64,000 nucleotides of DNA, taken from assembly GCF_009914755.1 (NCBI RefSeq), contig NC_060930.1; one strand, written 5' to 3'. This stretch comes from the human T2T-CHM13v2.0 reference genome, Homo sapiens. Shown piece by piece: positions 45,101-61,037 of the stretch. Every line of letters begins with the position of its first letter. The first letter of the stretch is position 1. The translations under genes and the position numbers were made by a program. The notes below the pieces were generated by a model. That model was not told the DNA's origin and made no database searches. It saw only the letters and a list, made by a program, of their open reading frames with translations.

Positions 45101-45754
45101 CTTTGGTGTTAATAGAGCAGTAAACAAAAGTAGTAATATATATTCATATATATATATCCTCAGAAAAATAAGATATCTATAAACTAAGTAGGATATTTTG
45201 GAAACAAAATAAAATGAAAGAAGTTCTAGAAATTAGAATATTTTTAGAAATGTGCTACAAATTCAATACAAGGAAGATAATGTTGCAAGAAAGTTATGTA
45301 AATGTTTTAAATAAGGCAATTATTAATTCCAGGAAAAATAAAATTATGCAAAAGAAAATCATATTACATTTGCCCTAGGGTATAAAATATTTATACAGTC
45401 ATACTTAAATAACAGCTAATGCATTTACTAAATATTATGATATAACTACATAATAGAAGGCAAAGTATGTGTGTTAGAGAGCTAAATCATGTAACATCAT
45501 GTAACAATAATGTCTAAAATTGTTATATCAAGCAACAGAATAGCCATACTATTTAGATACACTAAGGTAAAAGAAGAAACAACTTTTGGAGTCACAGTGA
45601 TTGCCTCTGGGAGGGAAGGAAAGTTCAGGCAGGGACTACTATTTTTTATCATAAAGCCTTTAGAACTTACTATTTTATTTTTTAAAACTGTGTACATGTT
45701 ACTTTGATAAATTTTATAGATATATAAAAGGAAATAAGGCCACCACGGTCTGAT

Positions 45755-48700
45755 TTGTTTTTAGACAAGATATTTATTTTGAAGTTCCAAATGACATTAG
45801 CAGAATTGTGATTTTTATGTTTACTGAATGGTGCATGGGATAAAAAGGGGTTCTAAAACACTTTACTAGATCATCCAAACCCTACAATAGACACTTATGC
45901 ATCAAAATTCTTGTAAAAGGACCACTTCCCTACTCCCTCCACCCTCCCCTCAAAATACCCATGTTCACAAAGAACAAAACCTTACAGCTTAACCAACAAA
46001 AAACGTGTCATACAATAATTCTAAGGCAATGGTTCTATGAAGACAGGAGAGGTAGCAGGCTGAACCGCATTCACTGACCCTATCTCTCAGCTGCTCCTCC
46101 TCACTAGTCAGGTTTTTCCTGTGTACCCCACTTCATTATTTCCATCATGCTTACCTCTCTGTTTACTGGACATTCCCCTTGATCTAATACCAAACTTAGC
46201 CAGTCTAACTGTAACTCAGATGATAATCTGACCACTTCCTGGTAAGAACAAATGGTTAATGTTGTCACAGTGATTAATAAATACAAATATGAATTAATTT
46301 AACAATGAATTACATTTTATCCCATCCAGGCATGAAGAAGTTAAAACCTGGACTCACTGACCCTGTGTTAAAATTTAGTGCTAAATGTAAGCAACAACAC
46401 TGGAGCATTGTTATTTTATCAAGACACCTGAACATAGCAAAATTAATTTTGTTCATTTTTATTAACATAGGACATACTAACCAAATATTATCATTTAATA
46501 AAATCAACGTTACAAAGAAACTCACTAGCAAATAAACAAACGATATTCACTTGACTCTTCTCTTGGTTGAATGATTTTCTATTAATTAGTAGTACACAGC
46601 TATTTTTATCAATTTATGCTTAAACTGCCTTATGATTTCAATGAAATTTCTTAGCTTTTACTTGTTGAATAATTTTTTCAATTGGGAATCTTTTCATAAT
46701 TCAAAATAGTTCCTGAAAATTAATGCATCCTTCAATGTCTTCTACTTAAGCTGGGTGCATTTAAAATGCAACACAATTCTTTGAAAGGAGACTATGACAT
46801 TTGAGCATAAAGCCTATAAGAAAAAGAAATGTCTTCCCTCCCCCCATGCTTCACAGAGACTATATGAATGTTCCATACTCTTCATATTTAGCAACAGGAG
46901 TTCCTTAGAGATCAAACAGCAGAAAACAGGAGGAACTTAGGCCATCAATGGACTTGTAAAACAGATAAAACTCCAAATGTATTTTAAGATTCCATCTTCT
47001 CCACAGATGAGAAAGTGCTGAAAGGGCTCTTCAACTTTTCTTTAGCGACATCCTCTGTGCCCCAATTAGAAAAAGAGTTGCAGGATGGTAGTCCTCCTTA
47101 AACAGCACAGACTCAATCTGGAAAGAGTGGCAGAAACCCCTCTCCCCCAACAATGTATCCCCGAAAATAAACTGCCAAGTGCAAGAGGGACAATCTTCAG
47201 AATAAATAATATTCTGAAGGACTGACAAAACAGACTATTTTTAGACAAAGAACACACCAAATACTCCGAAATTTCAGGATAACCATACATCAAGTACTTC
47301 GTGCAAGTAATATTTTTACCAGTTAAAAGTCATTATGAAACACACATTCTTTTAACTGAATTTCATATGTTATATAAAACTTGAAAAGTGTGGCACATTT
47401 CTACTATTAACCATTACATTGTTTTTTGTTTTTTAAAAAAAGTATATATTAATCAAAAGTATACATTACCCAGACCTTTTGATTTAAAATATAACTGAAG
47501 GAAAATATAAACTCTGAGTAAACAGGCATTCTTCTACACAAACATGAGTTATTTCAGTAAAAAAACAACAACAAAAAAGCAATTTCAATGTAATTAAGCC
47601 ACCTCTGATTAATACATATTTTCATGCATGTGGAAAAATTATTTTTAACTAGAACTTTAAGAATAAGTTCCATAGCAAACAAGTTACAGCATTTATTCAA
47701 TAAGGAATATTAAAATAATTCATTAGTAAAAAATAAAATAACTTCAACCATATACGTATTATAATTTATCATGTACATACTCCAAAATCCCCATAATTTA
47801 ACTAGGAAATTTATAGAACATCTTTTTAAAGTATGTCTTAGGAAAACCAACCAAAACAATTGGTGCCTTAACTAAAGAGAATGTGCATACACATTGCTAT
47901 TTGACCTATATGCAAAAGTGGAATGAAATACATAGGAAATTAAGGTTACTGCTTTCAAAAATTTCTGGAATATTAGTACTTAAGTCAAAACACTTACCTG
48001 CAGAATAAAAACAGCCTGAGTATTTCCAAAGCTGAAGTAATTTTCTGAATGTTAAATATCACAAGAATGAAAACAGTCTCCATTAAGCATTTACATGTGG
48101 TTTACAGTTGAGGCAGAAGATGAAGGTCTGCCAAGCAGTTTTCCCATATCACCTGAATTCTTTCTTCCCTTATAAAGTATAAGCTTCAAGGGAAATGATT
48201 ACATATAAAAACATTCCAAGTGAGTTGGGGTTCCTGACTGCAACATTCAACCAAACGGAAAGAGGAATTTTTTAATTCTCCTAAGCAGGACCTACCCAAC
48301 CACTGCAGACATGAGCATTAATTCTTATGCCAGACAAGGTAAGCGTGTCCTTTGAAATCAAAGCTAAGCTTGACAAATAACTGTACTGGATAAACTGGAT
48401 ACATGAACCACCTCAACAAAGATGGTACTTTAAGCATTTATACACATGAAAATGATGAAGTGTATTATTTAGATATGGTCTTTCTTCATCTTTCTCTGAA
48501 TCCTGAAAGGTTAGCAAGTCATTATACTCATACATCTTGTAATCCCTTTCTCCACAAAATACATACACATATACAGCTTCATATGTCAATATAATATCAT
48601 CAACACAGCATAAAGATTTAAGCAGTAGACACAAGTCACATGAAAGAGGCTCTATGCATCATGTGGCCTGTCCGAATAAAAAGCAAACATTAGAATGCCA

Positions 48701-48931
48701 TTTCAGCAGTTACAGTGTTGATATGATCAATATAGCTAATTTTTTTATACCCGTCATATATTTTTAGAAGTCATCCGTAGGGAAGAAGCAAACAACAAAG
48801 ACTGCTTTTTTTTAGAAAAGTTATGTGCCAACTTCAAAATGACATACTAACCAGATATCAGCATTCGAAAGCTAGGTTGAATAGGACTGGCCTTGATGCA
48901 CATGCAGATGATTTGCTTTCATAATATAAAA
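45755..48931 (-). other. TMEM30A: TMEM30A 3' UTR (about 3.2 kb, end approximate)
   Basis: AT-rich stretch with no recognisable interspersed repeat after the stop codon, ending near AATAAA at 45773-45778 with a GT/T-rich downstream element. Confidence 0.75.
45773..45778 (-). terminator. TMEM30A: TMEM30A distal polyadenylation signal
   Basis: AATAAA on the minus strand followed about 30 nt later by gtggtggccttatttcctttt; repeat-derived DNA begins just beyond. Confidence 0.7.
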
Positions 48932-49125
48932 TTAAATGGTAATGTCAGCTGTATTACTACTGTTTCTATATTTATGATTAATTACTAGCAGTACAACTCC
49001 CAGAAGGAAGGAGATGGATCCAACAGCGATGTAAGCAATCCCCAAAAATGGATTTTTTCCTCCCATCCATGAAATAGTGCTCAAGATCATCCGTTTTCGT
49101 CCATCAAAATAATGTACAGGGTAAT
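48932..49125 (-). CDS. TMEM30A: TMEM30A exon 7 coding part ([64 protein letters not shown])
   Basis: 194 nt to TAA; [11 protein letters not shown] motif followed by the second transmembrane helix of the P4-ATPase beta subunit CDC50A. Confidence 0.98.
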
Positions 49126-51607
49126 CTGAAGAGGGTATAGGAAGATTTTTCCATCTCTGGTTACTTGATGTTTAAAATACAATTTTAAAAGTTGCCATTT
49201 AATTGTTGGTAATTCATTTGTGTAATTCTAGGATATACAGGTACCTCACTCCTACGTTCTAAATCACACACACACACACAAAGTATTATCTTGAAAGACT
49301 GATTTAGCAAACTAAATGTTAGTAGTAAAAGCCAAAATATTTTACCAAAACAAATAAATGTAAAGGTTATGTAGTTTCTCGGGTGCTTTTGCTCTCATTA
49401 CATGGAAGGGGCAAAAGGCCTCAAAGGAATGCAATGTGAAAAAAATACTTCAAGTGAACAATGAAGCCCACACAAGGAGACTGACAGACCAGGAGAAAAT
49501 GGAAAAATCAGGAACTAGAAGTCTCCATGAGCTCAAAGAACACATGTATCAAGAGTGTAGTTATGAGACTATGAAAAGGCTCTGAGCAAAAGATCAAAAA
49601 GCATGGTAATAAAAAAGTTTTAACTTGCTGATTTGGAGCAATGGCAAAACTCACTCTGTGACACAGCTGATAGCTAACAGTGGCAGTGAAGGGTGGGCTG
49701 TTAAGGAGATTTAGGAAACAGGGCACCAGTGTACTAGATGAATTATCTACATGGACCAGTTGTAGAATTTTGCAAGAGGTAAGGCAGCAAAGAAGACAGA
49801 ACCAAGTCTCCATGCAAAAAGTTTACAACTTTTTCAAAAGCATCTTTTGAATCTAGGGTTAGGCCCCATCTGTTTCTCTAGTTTCTTCAACTCTCCATCC
49901 CCACAGATGGGTCCCTATGGGTCCCTAACTCCCAATGGCAGGTTCAGTTCTGCTAACTTCTTAAATTAACCCTAAACTAAGGCAGGAATGATTTTAAGAC
50001 CTCTAGCTAACCCAACATTCTGTGGGATACAGTATCAAATTACCCATGCTTGTCTCTCTCTAGTCTCCCAAACCTAAAGAAACAGGCTTCTGCCATCATT
50101 CTAGTCTTTAGTTCCCACCTTATGCCCAATTTTGATAATTAACCCTTGATGTTTTGCAGGTCCAAATTCCTGTCTTATCAAGTCTTCTCAATCTGCCATA
50201 TATCATGCATTCCTTTAGATAGTTCTTTCAAACCTGGGACCCTGCTGCAGAATTCCTGTATGGAAATCATCTATCAACTAAAAATTCCTCAGTGCTTCAC
50301 AGACTTCCCTTCATTGTGCCTTAGGCTACAGGTTGCTAAATTTGCCCTTACTCTCTAGAGATTTTCTGGATGCTAATTTTAACAGAGCTACTCTCTAGTT
50401 TGACTATCCCCTCAGGATAATGTTATTTCTACCAGCACTTGAAGTGGGTCTGTCTGTCCAAAACTGCTCCAATGTGGATTTAGTTTCAAAAACTTGGTCA
50501 CTTTTAGCCTGCCATAGCAGGCCATATTTACTTGTGTATTCAGGTGCAACATCAAGAGAGTAGAATTCAAAAAAAACCTTATTTTGAAATTGGGTCTATT
50601 AATTTAACCATTTACTAATCCATTTTAAAACCAAAACCCATATGGATTATGACTCATTTGGATTATGGAAATAAAAATGCAAAGATCAGCAAACATTTAC
50701 AATTCTAATATTGAGAGATCTCTTCACTCACAGTGTATGTAAAATATAGACTCCAGATTAAAAGATGCAAAGACTTTGGTTAGAATAAAAGAAATTACTG
50801 AGTATTTCCCTCCTAAAAAAGACTGCATCTATGCAGATATGGGTTGGTGTAACTGAGTGAACTAGCTAAGACGCAGGCTATGTTGGTAGCTGAGAGTAAA
50901 ATTATGGCCTTTGGAGTCAACAGCCTGGTTATGAACCTCAACTCTTTATTATTACCTGTGTAAAGTCAGCTAAGTTACTTAAGTGCTCGATATTCCTGTA
51001 TTCTGGTCTATAATAGGGAGATATGCTGCTGCCTGAATTAAGTAATGAGCAGAAAATACTCAGCACAGTGTTAACACATAGTTAGAGTGGAATAAATGTA
51101 TTTATCAGCACTGAATGTGAACTTATTAATATGGAACAATATAGCTAATAATAAAATGTTTTGATACTACCAATAGATCAAAATCATGAACAATTACATT
51201 GATACAAATTAACACATCCGTTGATTTTTAATATCTAAAATATATATATTAAAACAGCCCAGTACCACTCAACACCCAATTTTAGGTACTCTCATTGGCC
51301 TTTACATTAAGCCCAATTACAATCTCCCTTGTAAAAATACCTAGCTTGTTAATAAAACAAGCACCTATATTTTAAGTAATTTTACCAAACAATATGCTTC
51401 AAACCCCAGTACCAAGTATATGCGAATTCAAAACATTTCTAGAAGACGTAAATTTAAAAATACATTCTCACATATACCACACATACTTTTGTAAAAATGC
51501 AGAGACCAAAACTAAAGCACAAGGTAACATGCCACATAACAGATATAAGGTTGGACTCGACTCCTTTCAAGCTCTATGAATCTGTATACCCAGCCAAAAA
51601 AGGATAC

Positions 51608-51814
51608 TGTATGTGACATTCAAAGAGTATCGGCCAGCTGGTAATGTTGGATGTAAATCACTTTTCCTTTCTATAAGACGATACAACTTGCGAAAAGTAG
51701 GTAATGCTGCAGTACGCATCCAAACAATAAAATCCTCATTTATGAATCCATTATTATCTGGGTCAGAATCCAGCATGTAAACTGGTTTAAGCCAGTTCAC
51801 AGGCTTTGTTGTAC
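51608..51814 (-). CDS. TMEM30A: TMEM30A exon 6 ([13 protein letters not shown]...[17 protein letters not shown]...NVTY/N)
   Basis: 207 nt, phase 1-1; CDC50 signature [20 protein letters not shown]. Confidence 0.98.
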
Positions 51815-52174
51815 CTTAAAAGGAGTGGGGAAGGGATAAGGAGACAAAATATTACATTGTGAAATTAAAGTGGCGGAGAAACGAATAAATTTGGATAATA
51901 AATAGGGGTTTATTCAAAAGAAGCTTTGCTGCAATTTTAAAATATTATAGCTGAAATGCTTATAAGACATCACAGAAACTGAATTCATAATTAAAAGTAT
52001 ACATTTCCTTTAGAATTTTAGTACATTAGAACATTTACCTAACTTGGTATGAAGCTGAGGAAAGAAAAATTGTGTTTTTCAAAGCATAACTTTAAGATTC
52101 TGAAGATAGAAAATTTAAAATACTTCATTAAAACTCCTAGTTTAATTTTTTAAGGGATATTAGTAATGTTTTAC

Positions 52175-52318
52175 CTTTAAATCGTTCTTCCAGGTTGTCT
52201 CCTCCAGGGGGATTTCTGAATTTCACATTTTTATCTGTCCACCAAGCAATACCTTTCTTTTTCAAAGCGATAGGTATAGGATAAGAATCATTGCCAATGA
52301 GAAACAATTCTAATGTAT
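52175..52318 (-). CDS. TMEM30A: TMEM30A exon 5 (D/TLELFLIGNDSYPIPIALKKKGIAWWTDKNVKFRNPPGGDNLEERFK/G)
   Basis: 144 nt, phase 1-1; lies within ORF-track entry 52137..52367. Confidence 0.97.
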
Positions 52319-52671
52319 CTAAACACAAGCAAAGAAAGACATTACTAACTATCTCTTGAAAACTCATAGCATCTGCTTAACTCTATGAGAAATAAGGACC
52401 TGATATTTGTTTCCAAAAGTGGTTGTGACAGAGTAGGCATATGATTCACATTTGTTCTTTATTCCTATGTGGATTAACTATGGTAACTTTATAATTCTAG
52501 ATGGACTTCTCTTCCTTTAACAGAGTTCTAATTCAGTTACCCATAGGCTAGCTGACATGCAGTAAGATCAAATGTTTTAATATTAACCCAACTATAATTG
52601 CAAGGTAAATCTGCATTTCCTTCCTTCCAATAATGCATCCCCAATAGCTTCTTGCTTATCCATTTCTGTTT

Positions 52672-53331
<660 letters not shown>

Positions 53332-53651
53332 GCTCTAAATGATCAACTATAGCTCCTTTTCAATGATAAAAATGAAGTCAGTGGGAAGGTCAGCCTGACT
53401 TTTATTTTTATATGAAATAAGATTAGCAGAATGTTTCTGCTTCTTTCTTCTCAGAGACAGAAATCCACTCTAAAATGTAAGTATGCTCAAAAGAAAATCA
53501 CAAATCATTATAATACCCCATTCAATACTCGATTTAGTCTTAAATGTTTGAGTTTCTCAATTTCATTCATGTTTACTAAACTATCAAATCTGTAATGAAA
53601 TTATGCAAATTGTCCTAATTATATATGTCTATATTTGTATCTATATCATAC

Positions 53652-53739
53652 CATTAAACATGCTGTTGGCAATAGCTCCACAAGGAGCAATTGGTTTGTC
53701 TTCATTTCTTCGATAAGGTTCACATTCCTTACTGGGATT
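53652..53739 (-). CDS. TMEM30A: TMEM30A exon 4 ([30 protein letters not shown])
   Basis: 88 nt; CDC50 motif [12 protein letters not shown]. Confidence 0.97.
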
Positions 53740-54892
53740 CTGGTTTTTACAAGGAAAAGAAGAGAGAAATTATTATCCAGGCCTTTGGGAGAACTATGAG
53801 CTATCCCTAAATTACTGATTAAGAATTCAACACCTATATTTTTCTCACTTATAATACACAGGTCTGTAATGTAAGTAGGCTATAGATAACACCACATTTA
53901 AATATTCAAAATGTATTCTGAACATTACTGCCTTACCTTTTTAATATAACCTTTACTTGCATATGTTTTGTCATATATGCATATATCAAATAAACATCTT
54001 TTTGATTTTCTTATCACAGAAACATTACCACAAAGGGTTTTCTGCCCAAGAAAAATTAAGAAATGGTCTATTGCCAATCCAGTTGTGATATAACAAGAAA
54101 ATCTTAAACTGGAACTAAAGAGGCTAGAGGTTCTAGTTCCTTGGGCAATTCCTTTAATTTAACTGGGCCTCACAAAATAAACATGTCCAACTATACAATC
54201 TGAAATTTTGTGATTTGGGGTTAAATCCTATATCTAAGAAAGGAAGGAAGGAGTCTAGTGCAGATTCCTAGAATATATCAATCTTTAAACTGTGCATCCA
54301 GGTACAAGAAAAACAAAAATGCTGACAAGGCAGAACATTTGCCTGTGGTCCAGATTTTGGTTTTGACTTAGTCCCTACTGAGGATCTTAAAGAGGTGTGG
54401 CAGTTATGGGATTCAACTAGAGATCATATCAAGTCTGAGGTTAGGGGTCTGTCTGAGCTGGGACCCTCCCGCCACATTAAGCCATGTCTCAAAACACATA
54501 AACATACCAAGATAATCTCAATTTGAAATTAAGAGGACCCTAATTAGACCTCTTAGGACTATTTCATTACCAGCTAACCTTGACTTGTATCTATATTCTC
54601 CATGTCTAGATTGGATAAAAGCACTTGTGTGAATGGAAAAGATAAGGCTAAGGAAGTCTGTGGTAGGTATCTCATAAAGTCTCTTCAATATTTGACTTCT
54701 CAGCTTTTTGGTCCCTACACCATCTGTATTGATAAAGCTATTAACAATAGGGCAAATATATCTGCTAGCCACTAAATTCTTAAGGAAGTTTTAAAAGAAA
54801 GGAAAATAGTATTTACTATCTATGTGTCAGGTACTAAACTAAGCAATGCTAGGTACTTTGCATTAACTGGCTTACAAAAGCTATTTGATGAG

Positions 54893-55510
<618 letters not shown>

Positions 55511-57179
55511 AAGCTATTTGATGAGTACCTAATATGCAGCATGTACAATACTAGGTGCTAAAAACAGAAAAACGAAAAGAATACAATCCCTATTTTTAAG
55601 CAACTCAAAATGTAACAGGGGAAGCAGACCCTTACAAAACCAACTATCATACGAAATAAGAGCCATGATGAAGATGTCTACATTCATTCAGCAAATATTT
55701 ATTAAATGCCTTCCATGTGCAAGCACGAGCCAGGCACTTGGTAAACAGTGATTAAAGAAAGTCATGCTCCCTGCCTTCATGAGCTTACAGTATAGCTGGA
55801 AAGAAAGATGACAGATAAGCAAATATGTAATTACAAATTACAGTAAGTGTTATGAAGAGGCTATGTGAGTATTTAATGGAAAAAGGATAGGAGGAGCTGC
55901 TTTAGAATCTATGGTAATGAAAAGTTTGACTCTGGAGGAGGTATCATTTAAGTTAAGACATAAAAAAAAGACCAGGAGCCAGCCATGTAAAGAGAAGACA
56001 GAAGAGAGTTTTAAGCAAAGAGAACACCACATGCCACTAAACAAGAACTTATTTCTGTGAAGGTAATGGTGAATGTAGCTGGAGCATGCCAAGAGGGAGG
56101 ATGATATGTGATGAGATAAGAGGATTACGCATAGCTCAGATCATCCTGAGATTTTACTACAAGTGCTAATATGACCACTGAAAGATTTTAGGTAGGGAAG
56201 TGATATTTATACTTTTTAAAAACCTCACTATAGCTGCTATGAGAATGGCCTGGAAAGGAGCAGGATTGGATGATGTGAGACACAATTTGTTCATCCAAGC
56301 AAAAAGTGGTAGTGACTTGGAACAAAAAAATAAATGAAGTAAATATGTAAAGAAGCACATTTTTGCATGGAAGGACACTTAGAAAAAATAGCAGGCCTTG
56401 AGATGAGAAGACCTCCAGGGAAACAGTAAAAATGACATTCTAAGCAAATAAAATGCTAACTGGCAAAATGAGCAGATTACTTGTGTCACAATGCATGGTT
56501 AGGGAGCAGCAAACAAGGCCCAGGGCAGCCAGGCCTTGTTTAATGTATTAAAAATAGTATATAAGATAATAAGGCTGATGCCAGATTGTACAGGGCCTTA
56601 CACATAATATCTGACCCTTTACAGAAAAAGTTGATCTATTCCTGGTGTGGCCTGAAATCTTTGCTTACAGTTTGGAAGAAAAGAATCAGTTTCAGTTTTC
56701 TTTACCCTCAGTGAACACAGCACATATATAAATAAAATAATTGTAAATCAGCCACCATTTCTGGGGTTTTGGAACACACACTATCTATAATCCCTAAAAA
56801 ACACATTCAGAAAGGTCTAGAAACTTGGTGTATCTCACAGTACAACATCTTCTCTGGATTTGAGTGCTAAAAATTGGATCCTATGGAATAAACCCCACAT
56901 AGATTCAAAATATCATAGGCCTAACCAGAACCCTGTGTATACCAAGGAATCTTTAAGTAGACTTGTATTGCTTAAAATCCCACACATCAGCAACTGATGA
57001 TCAGCAATAAAACCAATCAAGATAACCTAGAGCAGTTATATTTTACATTTCGGAGGCCCATGCTGCTCACAACATAGTCCTAAATTGTATTCTAAGAGAT
57101 TCATTAATTCTAAGAAATCCTAAATTGCTCTGGGCCTCTGAATGTTTGCTGCATTGGCAACAGTAACATAAAATACTTA

Positions 57180-57968
<789 letters not shown>

Positions 57969-58057
57969 TTAATTTCATCCTAACAATTCTAACTGAACAG
58001 TTACTACATATTCTTATTTTACAGATATCATATTTTCATATTTATCATTTTACTTAC

Positions 58058-58165
58058 AAGCAAAGCACTAGAATCTCCATTTAGTTGACTATCATCTCGA
58101 GATTTCACGTAACGACGATGGTTTTGATAGAAATTAGACAGTCCATAATACATAAACACGTTGCC
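58058..58165 (-). CDS. TMEM30A: TMEM30A exon 3 ([36 protein letters not shown])
   Basis: 108 nt; CDC50/LEM3 signature [12 protein letters not shown]; gtaagt donor. Confidence 0.98.
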
Positions 58166-59729
58166 CTAGAGAAACAGAGAGGGAAAAAATTTTCATATAA
58201 AAACTATTCTGTATAAACTTATTTCATGTGTACATAAAAGCTACGTAATTTGGACTTTTATTAGTTTACAATTTGTGATAGGTAGTGGGGTAAATTCCAC
58301 CAGTACTTAGCAATCTAAAATGGCACAACTGTAAATAAGGCTAGAGAAAGTATGTTACAAAAAGCCACAAGTAAACTTTAAAACTATCCTTAAAGACGTC
58401 AAAAAAGTACTATTTACATTAAAAGAGAATATTCAAGGAATCTATTAGCCTACTCTGAGCTACCTTCAATTTAAAATTTTCTCTAATTCAAACTGGTCTT
58501 CACCCAGTTAGCATCGACTTTTCACAGGGATAATGGTCAAACTTGTTTCTTTTTTTTTCTCCCAGAGACTAGAGTCTTGCTATGTTGCCCAGGCTGGCCC
58601 TTAATTCCTGGGCTTGAGCCGTTCTACCGCCTCTATCCCTAGACACTGGGAGGTGTGCACTACAGGTCTGTAGCACCACGTGCAGTTGAAACTTTCATTT
58701 TTTTTGTCCAAGTGAATTCTGAACTTGAATTGGGATATAATAAATTCCTCAAGAGGACACTATATAATATTATGAGTTAATAAACTACTAATTAGTAGAG
58801 TCTCTATGATAATAAGCCACTTTATAATAATCAAGAAAAGTACTTTAATATATTTAATAGCGCCAACTTTGAAATAACCTGGGAAAGAAGGGTAACCTAT
58901 AAACATTACAATTATTTAGAAGATGCTAAGAAGCCATCTTAAATGATTAAAATTTTTAGAGGTAGCAAACATTAAGGTATTTTCTCCTTTCTGGTTGCTA
59001 CCTCTATTTTCTATATTCTTATCCTTAATTAAAAGTAATTCAGTAACATTATAAGTAGACTTCATTTGATTTGCTATTTTTATATACACTATCATTTATT
59101 TAATGCTTGACTTTCAAATGTCAAACCATGCAAATTTTCCCATTCTATATAAAGAAAATGTTTACATGGAAACCTTCTTGTGGAAGAGAGGGAATATCAA
59201 AATTACATCACAGAAATTGAGAAAATGAATATTCTTTTTTAAAAGGAAATATTACCTCGAGATTCAGTACAGTAAATTCAATTTGTAAACTGAAAAAGAG
59301 ATTATTTGAATGAACACTGAGATAAAATAACCTACTTGAAGTTCCCTGAAGAGTTTAGTCCAATTCAAAGTTTGAGCTTGTGAAGAAACACAGAGTCCAC
59401 AAGAGAATGAATTTGAGGTTGACTGCCTTTGCAAAAAACAAGTTCTGAAGTGTTTTTTGAATGGGAGAGAAAATTAATAGAGCTTCTATATCACTACTAG
59501 TCTCTCGTTTCTTCAATTCTGCCTGTTCTGACAAAAGCAGAATTTATTGTATCTTTATTGTCTGCCCATCACACTGAAAAATCATGGACTTGTAAAGATA
59601 CTTTAAATGTATATTCTGTTTCTGCTGAAACAAAGTTAAATAATTACATTTGTCTTCTACAAAATTTGTTTTCATGTATTATTCAAAAGCAGCATGATCC
59701 TGTCCTTTATGTCAGTGCAAGAGCATCTA

Positions 59730-59748
59730 TAACCACTAGATGGCAACC
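59730..59748 (+). promoter_or_regulatory. Candidate CTCF motif in TMEM30A intron 2
   Basis: Plus strand TAACCACTAGATGGCAACC. Confidence 0.55.
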
Positions 59749-60466
59749 AACTATTAGGGACTATTAAAGTCATCACTACCTTTAGAAAATCTTAAGTTCA
59801 GAAAATCTAAAAAGTTGGCATGTATTAACGCAGTTTTGCTCCCTTAAGAATAATTATTTTAAGCTCAATTTTCAGGCACAGGAGAATACAGAGTGGTCTT
59901 TACATGCCTATTCTGAATCTTTATGTCCGTTAGCATGTATTCAGAATAGCAGTGTAAATGCAAACAGATGGATTTCTAACTACTTATAAAAACATAAATG
60001 ATCAGTAAGGTTTTAATAAGTGTTTGCATTTTTTATAATGCTTCATATGTCATAAAAATAATTCAATTAAGTAATGGGAGAATTATTTATTTTCTAAAGT
60101 AAAGCTTGCTTTAGTATCGTAAGTATGCACAACAATTTGAGCAATAATTTTAAAAATACAAGTATATAAAACTTGATAAAAAATTGATTCGTACAGTCAT
60201 AACATTATCTGTTGAAAGGATAAAATACAATATCTTAAATTTTGTCTACAAAGTACTAACTAAACCATTCAAATAAATGTATTTAATTACCAGACAGCAA
60301 AATCCAACAGCCAAACACACAAAACGATCTTCCTCAAAAGCCTATAAACTCCAGTAAATTATACAGACTTCTCTATAAAAGGAAAATACCTTGTAAAAGA
60401 CATTTAGTACAGTATCAGTATTTTTTAAAGCATGGCTTTTCTAGCACATTACTTGGAAACACAGAC

Positions 60467-60574
60467 CTCAAATGACTTTTCCAGTGTGAAGTTAATGGTA
60501 CAAAAGCAAGGTGTCACATCCGGAGATAAACATTTATTACAGGGACTGGAAGGCTCTGTTCCGGTATAATCAAT
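60467..60574 (-). CDS. TMEM30A: TMEM30A exon 2 ([36 protein letters not shown])
   Basis: 108 nt, AG/GT bounded, phase 0-0; CDC50A ectodomain sequence with an NFT sequon. Confidence 0.96.
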
Positions 60575-61037
60575 CTGCAAGAGAAAAATATAACTAAGCA
60601 CTTCCTTAGAGAAAGTGGATACCTAAAACACTCTGAAACGACTTGCTATTAAAAGGAAAATTAAGTCCAATGAAATGACCTAGAGCTCAGACAAAAACTG
60701 ATTTTAAGGTCATCTGTTTGACAGTGTGAGGTAGTAAAAACTGGAAAGGGTCCTCTGTTGTTCTACTGGCTGATCTTTCCAAGTAAAGTCCTCTCTTCTT
60801 TTTATCAAAGAAATATATTTATGCATAAAATCATACATACAAAATTCAAAACTGCATATTTACATAGCTAAAACATCTAAACTATTAAAATACTAGATTA
60901 ACAGAGATCAATAAATCAGTTTTTCCTCTTAAATCTTTCAATCTTAAATACTTTTCAGTCACCTCAGCTTTCCATTATATACTTTTGAAAAAAATTAGGT
61001 TACCAAGAGCTACTGTTTTTTCAACACCTGGTGCTGA

